A DNA stretch of 64,000 bases from a virus (lineage: Duplodnaviria; Caudoviricetes), in IMG/VR virus record IMGVR_UViG_3300022899_000001, positions 13,731 through 77,730 of that record; one strand, written 5' to 3'. Every line of letters begins with the position of its first letter. The first letter of the stretch is position 1. Under the pieces are notes generated by a model. It did no database searches. It was not told the DNA's origin and worked only from the letters and a program-made list of their open reading frames with translations. The position numbers were made by a program, and so were the translations under genes. Of this stretch, positions 27,273 through 33,370 are shown one piece after another.

Positions 27273-27881
27273 TCATAGGAACGCGCCTTGCAAGTTCGGA
27301 CGCTTTCGTTCCGCAAGGCATATTGTGTCGTTGTGGGCCGCGCCGTGGCAGACGAGCATCACTTCGAGGATGTCGCAGCCGTGCTTCTGCCCCATTCCGG
27401 CGCTGTTCCATCCGAAGCTCAGGACGATGGCATCGTCGGTCAGCACTTCGGCCATTGCGTTTTTTACGCGAGAGTAGAGCGCGGCGTTTTGCGTTTCCTT
27501 CATGCCGCACTTGATTCCGGCTTCCTGGTAGCACTCGCTGATTTGGCGCGGCGAGTATGGCGGGTCGAGGATTGCGAGGTCGCACCGGATTCCTTTGCCC
27601 GCGAGCATCCGCAGAAAGTCCTCGGCATCCATGTGATATTCCGCCTCTGTCTTTGGGTTCAGGTCGTTGGTGTAGGTTGCCCATCGTTTGTTGCGTGCGA
27701 ACGGGTCGCACGAGATTTTCGCGGCTTTGAGATAGCGTTGCACCATGTCACCTATTGGCCGGACGCTGAAGGTGTCAGCAGACGGCATTGCCCACACGCG
27801 GGAGAATGACGCCGAACCATACGGTGCAGCGAATGCCGCCATCGCATCTCCGGCGAGTTCGTGAGTCTCAGTGGGCGGCAT
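27273..27881 (-). CDS. Cassette ORF: small adenine-type DNA methyltransferase-like protein
   Basis: ISCDPFARN...LAILDPPYSPRQISECY; true start may be a few codons downstream. Confidence 0.7.
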   Translation of the reverse strand: MPPTETHELAGDAMAAFAAPYGSASFSRVWAMPSADTFSVRPIGDMVQRYLKAAKISCDPFARNKRWATYTNDLNPKTEAEYHMDAEDFLRMLAGKGIRCDLAILDPPYSPRQISECYQEAGIKCGMKETQNAALYSRVKNAMAEVLTDDAIVLSFGWNSAGMGQKHGCDILEVMLVCHGAAHNDTICLAERKRPNLQGAFL

Positions 27882-27904
27882 CGCTGACCTTATCGTCGTT
27901 GGGC
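27811..27904 (+). other. attC-type site (94 bp)
   Basis: GCCGAAC-CATAC-GGTGCAGCGAATGCCGCC ... GGCGGCATCGCTGACC-TTATCGTC-GTTGGGC; the arms differ only by the extra G and A. Confidence 0.9.
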
Positions 27905-28131
27905 CGACGCCAGTGGGTAGCGATCTTATCTACCTTTGCCCACTTTGGCCGATACATTGGCCGGCCATCGTAGAATCTCAGAACGGTTTGGACACTGCCC
28001 CACCACACTTCACCGCTCACGAGTTTAGTGCCAATTTGTATTCGGTCGCCCGGCCCAACCACCGGATGCTGCGAACGTGCGGTTCGCTTTCGGCATCCGG
28101 CTTTGGGAGAAATTGGACGTTTATTTTTCAT
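27868..28131 (-). CDS. Cassette ORF, small basic hypothetical protein
   Basis: 87 aa; starts in attC 28053-28160 and ends PNDDKVSDAAH in attC 27811-27904. Confidence 0.55.
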   Translation of the reverse strand: MKNKRPISPKAGCRKRTARSQHPVVGPGDRIQIGTKLVSGEVWWGSVQTVLRFYDGRPMYRPKWAKVDKIATHWRRPNDDKVSDAAH

Positions 28132-28160
28132 CGGCAGGTCGCTGATCCGGGACGTTCCCC
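28053..28160 (+). other. attC-type site (108 bp)
   Basis: GCCCAAC-CACC-GGATGCTGCGAAC ... GGTCGCTGATCC-GGGAC-GTTCCCC. Confidence 0.85.
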
Positions 28161-28885
28161 ACCTTGAGCACGCGCAGGATTTGCCGTGCGAGATATTCCG
28201 CGAAGGCCGGTGGTATGGCTTGCGCGATTTCTTTTCGAGTCGCCCACGGCATCTGCATGATTTCGCGGGCTTCTTCGAGTCCCTTTGGCTTGCGTCCGAG
28301 TCCGCCAGTTTTCTTTTTACGAGGCGCGTGTTGGAAGCTGCCAGTTCCGCTCACGTCTATCGGGTCAGGTTGTGCGGCGTGGTTGCATTCCGGCGCAGTC
28401 AGCAGGACGTTGCTCTCGAAGATGCGATGCCGGCGCACCCGAAGCCCGAAGGACGAGCCACAGAGCATCACCGGATTTTGCAGCGGCGCACCGACCACGT
28501 TTTCGATGATGTAGAGTCCTCCCCACGCCTTGAGCTTTTCGCGTGTGCGTTCGATGTAGCACTCGTATTCTTTGCCGGTCACATGCTTTAGAGTTGTGTG
28601 CGCCTGGCACGGCGGCGAGGCCCACACGAAATCGAAGCCGGACAGGTCAGCATCCAGCGCATTTCCGATGTGACGCTTGAAGGGATAGTTCAGGCCGCTC
28701 TTGATGTCCCATCCTTCCACCTCGAATCCGGCGTTGTGGATTCCCATGCCCGCACCGCCGGCGCAGCAGAATAAGTCAGCACATCGCGGGGCAGGTGGGG
28801 AACAAGACGCTGCACGCAAAGATGCCCCGCTTCGCAGTTCGAGCGGTTGCATCTTCGGCGGCGCGTCTGTCAGTTCGATAGTCAT
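28121..28885 (-). CDS. Cassette ORF: C5-cytosine DNA methyltransferase (short phage type)
   Basis: DLFCCAGG (I), WASPPCQ (IV), IIENV (VI), RRHRIFE (VIII), IAQAIPPAF (X). Confidence 0.85.
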   Translation of the reverse strand: MTIELTDAPPKMQPLELRSGASLRAASCSPPAPRCADLFCCAGGAGMGIHNAGFEVEGWDIKSGLNYPFKRHIGNALDADLSGFDFVWASPPCQAHTTLKHVTGKEYECYIERTREKLKAWGGLYIIENVVGAPLQNPVMLCGSSFGLRVRRHRIFESNVLLTAPECNHAAQPDPIDVSGTGSFQHAPRKKKTGGLGRKPKGLEEAREIMQMPWATRKEIAQAIPPAFAEYLARQILRVLKVGNVPDQRPADEK

Positions 28886-28931
28886 TTGGCGTTATTGAGG
28901 CGGGGCATCTTGCGTGAGCTTTTCGTTGGGC
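28797..28931 (+). other. attC-type site (135 bp)
   Basis: GGGGAAC-AAGAC-GCTGCACGCAAAGATGCCCCGC ... GCGGGGCATCTTGCGTGAGC-TTTTC-GTTGGGC. Confidence 0.9.
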
Positions 28932-29596
28932 CACTTAGCGCACGTCGCTGCCAGTTCGAGCAGATAGTGCGCGAACGCGGGAGGCGTGGCGTTTGCCTCA
29001 CGCTTTGAGAGTGTCGGTTTATTGGCGGCCTTGCCGCGCTGGTCGTGGAAGCCGACTTGATGCGTCCCGATTGGTCGCGCCCATCGAGGGTGTAGCGGAG
29101 ATTGAGTGCCTGAGCAGTAGAGCCATGTTCGTTTGTTCGCTCGATGCCCGTAGGCCGATTGCCAGACTTCGCACACCCATCCTTGCTTCCATCGCGTCCA
29201 TCCGATTCCAGGATACGGCAGCCCGTGCGCCGTCCATGCGTAGGTTTCCGCAGGATGTTCGAGCACGCCGCCGCAGCGGTTCACAGTGTCGAGCGCAAAT
29301 TGGAAGCAGCCGCCATCATTGCCGGGTCGGTTGTGTTCTCCGCCCCACCGCAGATGATTTATCACCGCCATCTTGCCCCACAGTTGGCAGGGAGGATGAG
29401 CGACCACGGGATTGTTGCCCGCGTAGGTCAGCGCGTTTCGTTCGGCGTCGTAGCAGTCACAGCCGAGCGACTTGTAGAGAGAGTCTTTCATCACGAAAAG
29501 CACAGTGACGTGGCCCAACCAATCAGTGCAGCGAACAGCCGCCCCGCTCTCCGGTTCGGCGTTCACTGGAATTAGAATGTCGGCGGTGTCGTTCAC
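28892..29596 (-). CDS. Cassette ORF: divergent C5 DNA methyltransferase-like phage protein
   Basis: VVAHPPCQLW (PC motif), GGVLEHP, HRANKRTWLY, ANATPPAFA. Confidence 0.6.
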   Translation of the reverse strand: MNDTADILIPVNAEPESGAAVRCTDWLGHVTVLFVMKDSLYKSLGCDCYDAERNALTYAGNNPVVAHPPCQLWGKMAVINHLRWGGEHNRPGNDGGCFQFALDTVNRCGGVLEHPAETYAWTAHGLPYPGIGWTRWKQGWVCEVWQSAYGHRANKRTWLYCSGTQSPLHPRWARPIGTHQVGFHDQRGKAANKPTLSKREANATPPAFAHYLLELAATCAKWPNEKLTQDAPPQ

Positions 29597-29635
29597 GGTT
29601 TCTCTCGGAGGCTGTCGCTGACTTCTGCGTTCTAC
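29513..29635 (+). other. attC-type site (123 bp)
   Basis: GCCCAAC-CAATC-AGTGCAGCGAACAGCC ... GGCTGTCGCTGACT-TCTGC-GTTCTAC. Confidence 0.9.
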
Positions 29636-29922
29636 GGCACCGGCATGACGCCTTTGCTTTTAAGAAAACGGCGGTTGATCTCTTTCGGCCAGTCAGCGGG
29701 CCAGTCGGTTGGGTCGCCTTTGGAGTCCATCAGCACCCACCCTTCGGCATCCCGATACGCAGAGGCCGGTGACGTAGAACCAGCCGGATGCAGCGAACCG
29801 GGCTTCGCCGGTTCGCCATCACGCTTTTTTGAACGGCGCTGCTTTGCCTTCTGTTCACGCAGCCAGTTTCTTGTTGCCGAGTCCTCCGGCCACACTCTTG
29901 GTTTCGCCATGCCCATTGCCAT
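29632..29922 (-). CDS. Cassette ORF, small hypothetical protein
   Basis: 96 aa; starts inside attC 29774-29973; its TAG is part of the next site's R' box. Confidence 0.55.
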   Translation of the reverse strand: MAMGMAKPRVWPEDSATRNWLREQKAKQRRSKKRDGEPAKPGSLHPAGSTSPASAYRDAEGWVLMDSKGDPTDWPADWPKEINRRFLKSKGVMPVP

Positions 29923-29973
29923 ATTCAGATTTCTTTCTTGTTTTCGCCCGGTCGCTGATCCGGGACGTTCTCT
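29774..29973 (+). other. attC-type site (200 bp)
   Basis: GTAGAAC-CAGCC-GGATGCAGCGAACCGGGC ... GCCCGGTCGCTGATCC-GGGAC-GTTCTCT; 21 bp (29950-29970) identical to 28137-28157. Confidence 0.9.
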
Positions 29974-30245
29974 GTCGGCTGTCGCTTACTCTCGTGCCCC
30001 ATCTGCCGGCGGAAGCGGCCTTTGTAGTGCATCGGCACGCCTCCAAAGTGGTTGATAATATAGACGGTGTTTTCGTCCACTGATTTCCATTTGCACGGAT
30101 GCGAGTAGTGGTAGAATTGGTCACCTTTTCGGATTCGCTCCTTGAGTCTCAGCACACGAAATTGGCTAACCACGCGCTGAAGACGACTGCGAGAGCGTCG
30201 GGTAGCACTGGCCGTCTTTCCGCGTTGGAGCTTTTTTGTTTTCAT
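29925..30245 (-). CDS. Cassette-like ORF, small basic hypothetical protein
   Basis: 106 aa; ends ENVPDQRPGENKKEI inside an attC. Confidence 0.55.
   Translation of the reverse strand: MKTKKLQRGKTASATRRSRSRLQRVVSQFRVLRLKERIRKGDQFYHYSHPCKWKSVDENTVYIINHFGGVPMHYKGRFRRQMGHESKRQPTENVPDQRPGENKKEI
30164..30190 (+). other. attC left half-site
   Basis: GGCTAAC-CACGC-GCTGAAGACGACTG with no convincing right arm. Confidence 0.45.
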
Positions 30246-30637
30246 CGCCGCTGCGCCTTGTAGTGTTCCAATATCTTGTCATACTCCGCATCGCCCACTG
30301 GAATGACCTGTCCTTTGAACGGTTCTGGCATATCCTCGCCGCTGAACCATGCGAACCGAGTCCCTTCCACAGTAGTAATGGCGCACCAACCCAAGTCCAA
30401 GTTCTTCTGGCACGTCGGGCAATACGGCTTGTGCTTTGGCTCGACTATCTTCGCTTCGACTCGCTTGGCAAACGGAGCGCCATATCTCTTTCCGCACAAC
30501 GCGCAGGGTATCGCAGCGGATGGCAGCTTGCCGTTGCGCTTGGCCCGATTCTCCATCATGCGGTCGCCATACTGCTTCTTTAACGAAGGCAGCAGCGCGG
30601 AGAGACGCTTCAGTCGGTCGAGGAAGTTGTCGCTCAT
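30242..30637 (-). CDS. Hypothetical protein with two CxxC motifs
   Basis: PCALCG...YCPTCQ; 131 aa. Confidence 0.6.
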   Translation of the reverse strand: MSDNFLDRLKRLSALLPSLKKQYGDRMMENRAKRNGKLPSAAIPCALCGKRYGAPFAKRVEAKIVEPKHKPYCPTCQKNLDLGWCAITTVEGTRFAWFSGEDMPEPFKGQVIPVGDAEYDKILEHYKAQRR

Positions 30638-30642
30638 AACAA

Positions 30643-31182
30643 TCAGCCATCTAGCGGGCTTTTGATGCGCCGCTCGACCGGAGCGGCGACATGAATGTGC
30701 TTTGCATGTCCCGGAAGTGACCCGAATTCACCATGAAGAAGGCGTGATGCGAAAGCATACGCGACGGCAGCGTCCCTCTCGGTATCGAAATGGCCTATTG
30801 GAATCATTTTGTAGTTATACCTAATTCGCGCTCTGAATTTATTCTTGTCCTTTGAGACTCCGCGCACCCCGTATTTGCCCCATGCCAAGTGAAGATTTCG
30901 GCTGTTTTCTCCTTGGGTGCATAGCCTTAAATTCTCCCGGCGATTGTCCAGCCCGTCTCCATTGATGTGGTCAACTTGCTTGTGTGATGATCCATTTATG
31001 CCAAGCATGAATCGGTGCATGGTGACTTCGATCCGCTTTCCGTTTACCGTCGGTCGCCGTGCAGCATAAAGCAGCTTTCCGCCATGACATTGTTTCAAAC
31101 TCCATTTGAACTTTGACAACTTATCGAAGTCCGAATCATCAACGATGGCGTGTTTTCCAGCACTAAGAGGGATTGTTTTCAT
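30643..31182 (-). CDS. HNH homing endonuclease with AP2 DNA-binding domain
   Basis: MHRFML...VDHINGDGLDNRRENLR...N; GVRGVS...FRARIRYN...IGHFDTERDAAVAY. Confidence 0.9.
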   Translation of the reverse strand: MKTIPLSAGKHAIVDDSDFDKLSKFKWSLKQCHGGKLLYAARRPTVNGKRIEVTMHRFMLGINGSSHKQVDHINGDGLDNRRENLRLCTQGENSRNLHLAWGKYGVRGVSKDKNKFRARIRYNYKMIPIGHFDTERDAAVAYAFASRLLHGEFGSLPGHAKHIHVAAPVERRIKSPLDG

Positions 31183-31353
31183 TTAGTTGCTAGTGTGCCG
31201 CAGCGTGTGACATGCTGTCAAACTGTAATCGAGCAAACGCTTGACGTAACAATCCACCGTGCGCGGCGAGTAATGCTTGGTGACCAGCCAGCGGCGGAAC
31301 ACCTCACGTGGCTTGAGTGAATCAGCTTTACGCGGTTCAATTACGGCTGTCAT
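31183..31353 (-). pseudogene. intI: Integron-integrase (tyrosine recombinase) remnant, 56 aa
   Basis: My translation: MTAVIEPRKADSLKPREVFRRWLVTKHYSPRTVDCYVKRLLDYSLTACHTLRHTSN*. It joins an IntI-type N-terminal HYSxRTxxxY helix directly to the box II CHTLRH motif. Confidence 0.75.
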
Positions 31354-31643
31354 GGCTTTGAGTCGTTGGAATAACTGTTCTGACGCTTGGAATCAGCAGC
31401 TTCAATCTCTTTTGAGAAGGCGACCATTGCGTTGACCACCTCAGTCTTGTGGGCAAGTGGCACTTCAGGTTGGTAGCACAGAAGGTCTGTTATTTCCTTC
31501 ATCCACGCTTCAAGCCTCTGGACGGCAGGTCGCGTCAGAACCATGCGGTGCAGCGAATGAGCTTCCGCCTGTTCCGCTTCTCGCAGGCTTCGCTCTGTAG
31601 CGCAGTCTAGGCACAGACAATCTTCTTCGTGTTTATCGCTCAT
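31350..31643 (-). CDS. Cassette ORF (first of array 2), hypothetical protein
   Basis: ATG at 31643 lies in the L' arm of the attC; ends QNSYSNDSKP; its TGA overlaps the intI ATG. Confidence 0.6.
   Translation of the reverse strand: MSDKHEEDCLCLDCATERSLREAEQAEAHSLHRMVLTRPAVQRLEAWMKEITDLLCYQPEVPLAHKTEVVNAMVAFSKEIEAADSKRQNSYSNDSKP
31365..31383 (+). other. attI-like site 2
   Basis: AATAACT-GTTCTGA, about 24 bp upstream of the intI ATG and on the opposite strand, as in canonical integrons. Confidence 0.65.
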
Positions 31644-31664
31644 CGCTGACCTTTTTCGTTCTAC
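31535..31664 (+). other. attC-type site (130 bp)
   Basis: TCAGAAC-CATGC-GGTGCAGCGAATGAGC ... GCTCATCGCTGACC-TTTTTC-GTTCTAC. Confidence 0.9.
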
Positions 31665-31915
31665 AGCACCCGCTCGCTGTGTTTTATTTCGACGCATCTG
31701 ATTTCGGGGGGCACTAGCAAGTCCCTAAAGAACCATCTGGCATATTCCAGCGCCTGTGATTTGTTGTCCCGCTGGCCGGGGATCCGTTCCCATTTGGCCT
31801 TCTTTGTTTTCCATTCGACCGCGTATGCTGTAGAACCACGGCATGGAGCAGAACTGCCCTTGCGCTTTGCAGTTTTCAAGCGTGCTGGTTTGCGGGAGTT
31901 GGTTTTCGTTTTCAT
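31661..31915 (-). CDS. Cassette ORF, small basic hypothetical protein
   Basis: 84 aa, bounded by attC sites. Confidence 0.55.
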   Translation of the reverse strand: MKTKTNSRKPARLKTAKRKGSSAPCRGSTAYAVEWKTKKAKWERIPGQRDNKSQALEYARWFFRDLLVPPEIRCVEIKHSERVL

Positions 31916-31960
31916 ATTTTCGGGCTGTCGGCGGGCAGTCGCTCATCGCCGACGTTCTGC
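31830..31960 (+). other. attC-type site (131 bp)
   Basis: GTAGAAC-CACGGCATGGAGCAGAACTGCCC ... GGGCAGTCGCTCATCGCCGAC-GTTCTGC. Confidence 0.8.
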
Positions 31961-32274
31961 CGCCTGCGTTTCAGTCCTTCGAGCCGCTTCTGGAGAGCCG
32001 TTAGGTCGCGCTCCGATTCAGCGATTGCCTTGGCGAAGGCTTCGTCCCGCGTCTCGAAAAGATGATGTCCTTCCGCGCCGGAGAATCCGACTTCTGGACA
32101 CCACCACATTGTTGGGTTGCTTGGAGCGCATGAGTAGCCAGTGACTTCGCGCACGTCACCATCTGCCACGGCCCACCATTGGCGTTTCTCGCGTTCGACT
32201 GCGGCAGAACCACCGGGTCGAGCTAACCCGGCGGGCCGATCTGGTTGTTGGATGTTGGTTTGCATGGATTTCAC
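31912..32274 (-). CDS. Cassette ORF, hypothetical protein
   Basis: 120 aa; ends QNVGDERLPADSPKI inside an attC. Confidence 0.6.
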   Translation of the reverse strand: MKSMQTNIQQPDRPAGLARPGGSAAVEREKRQWWAVADGDVREVTGYSCAPSNPTMWWCPEVGFSGAEGHHLFETRDEAFAKAIAESERDLTALQKRLEGLKRRRQNVGDERLPADSPKI

Positions 32275-32316
32275 GTTTGGGTTTTCGCGCCGGGTAGCTC
32301 ACCCGGAGCGTTCTGC
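32204..32316 (+). other. attC-type site (113 bp)
   Basis: GCAGAAC-CACC-GGGTCGAGCTAACCCGGCG ... CGCCGGGTAGCTCACCC-GGAGC-GTTCTGC. Confidence 0.9.
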
Positions 32317-32579
32317 CAATGTTCCTCGCATCGAACCTTGGCCTCTTTGACCGTGGCGTAATCACCGATAGTCCAGGATCGTCTATAGGCCGTTCCAGAG
32401 GAGACGTGCGCTTGGACTTTGGCTCTGTATTGCGTCACGAAATAGCGAAACCCAGCCGACGCAGCCCACGTCCACATATTTACTCCATTCGCCTGACTGT
32501 AATGCCAAATGGCAGAACCAACCGGATGGAGCAGACCCGGTTGGGCGTATTGAGTTTTTTCTTGAGGTTCAGGTTTCAT
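32271..32579 (-). CDS. Cassette ORF, hypothetical protein
   Basis: 102 aa; ends QNAPGELPGAKTQT inside an attC. Confidence 0.6.
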   Translation of the reverse strand: MKPEPQEKTQYAQPGLLHPVGSAIWHYSQANGVNMWTWAASAGFRYFVTQYRAKVQAHVSSGTAYRRSWTIGDYATVKEAKVRCEEHWQNAPGELPGAKTQT

Positions 32580-32619
32580 AAAGTCTCAGTTCCGGGGCTG
32601 CTCATCCGGGACGTTAGCC
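32512..32619 (+). other. attC-type site (108 bp)
   Basis: GCAGAAC-CAACC-GGATGGAGCAGACCCGG ... CCGGGGCTGCTCATCC-GGGAC-GTTAGCC. Confidence 0.9.
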
Positions 32620-32778
32620 AGCATTGAACGATGCGCACACCACACATTGTTTCGCGCCTTCCGTCGCCTCACCAAGATACTCCGCTTTTACCTGTTCGAC
32701 CGATGAGCACCACGCCGAGTATTTATCTCGCCACCCTTGGTGTGGTCCTTCGTTATTCGCTGGCCGCATTCTGCACAT
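32614..32778 (-). CDS. Possible 54-aa cassette ORF
   Basis: MCRMRPANNEG...QCVVCASFNAG*; the stop TAA lies in the R' box. Confidence 0.35.
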   Translation of the reverse strand: MCRMRPANNEGPHQGWRDKYSAWCSSVEQVKAEYLGEATEGAKQCVVCASFNAG

Positions 32779-32797
32779 CTCATAGTTAGTTGTTTTT

Positions 32798-32828
32798 CAT
32801 CGGTGCTGCTTTAACTCAGTCGTTCTGC
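32798..32828 (+). other. attC right half-site
   Basis: CATCGGTGCTGCTTTAACT-CAGTC-GTTCTGC; a 49-aa ORF (32816-32965, minus) ends QND* across it. Confidence 0.4.
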
Positions 32829-33088
32829 GTCTTCGCCTCGTCCAGTTGCGGAGCGCGGCATTGTGGGCCGCACGACAGGTCTTCGATGACCTGTTCCGTG
32901 GCTTCCTCTGGCAGTTCGTCCAGAAAGATTCTCACGCCTTTGTAGCGCACGAGGCGCACGCTCATCGCTCAGCTTGGTCGTAAGATTCAAAACCAATGCT
33001 CCGCCCGCTACAGTCACTCTGGTGAGGAATGATGGTCTTGCGACCAACGGAGCACTGGAAACTTGATCGTGACTGTAGCATGGAGGAG

Positions 33089-33117
33089 ATAAAAACACCT
33101 TGGCGTAAGAATGTCAA
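33089..33117 (-). promoter_or_regulatory. Candidate sigma70-type promoter for the accessory/cassette operon
   Basis: TTGACA-N17-TTTTAT with TG at the extended -10 position. Confidence 0.4.
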
Positions 33118-33153
33118 CTATAAAAATCATTGCCTTAAATCGCTTTCGGGAGC

Positions 33154-33369
33154 ATGGTTGGCAACGTGACCGACGCAGAGAAAAAAAGGCTTCGAGGGTT
33201 GAGTAACCGAACTGAATCTGTGCGTGGTCCTATCGAAGGCTTCTCGTTGACGGAACTTCCGCCCAAGATTCTGAAAATATGCCCGGAGCTTGAGTCTTGG
33301 AGACAGGTAAACAACGAGCGAATCCGTGACCATTTCTCCAAATTAAACACCACGTTGCCTGCAACCTGA
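33154..33369 (+). CDS. Small protein leading the ejection operon
   Basis: 71 aa; stop 1 nt before the next ATG. Confidence 0.5.
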   Translation: MVGNVTDAEKKRLRGLSNRTESVRGPIEGFSLTELPPKILKICPELESWRQVNNERIRDHFSKLNTTLPAT

Positions 33370-33370
33370 T

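Larger units (their letters stand above)
26964..32828 (+). mobile_element. Phage-borne integron-like cassette system (two attI-like sites, ten complete attC-type sites, integrase remnant); cassette ORFs on the minus strand
   Basis: Repeated imperfect palindromes NNNNAAC-N5/6-L''...L'-spacer-GTTNNNN with extra G and A in the left arm at gene junctions; cassette ends are self-complementary over 8-12 bp. Confidence 0.9.

Noticed and set aside
27220-27711. 163-aa alternative-frame ORF ending MTPNDRTERPAGEMQQDL
   Set aside because: Overlaps the adenine MTase in another frame with no motifs; only its last codons reflect the attC arm.
26964-32828. Interpretation of the junction repeats as CRISPR, REP elements or simple terminators
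   Set aside because: The repeats are non-identical, variable-length palindromes with asymmetric extra bases and gene-sized spacing, without U-tracts or cas genes; attC anatomy fits better.
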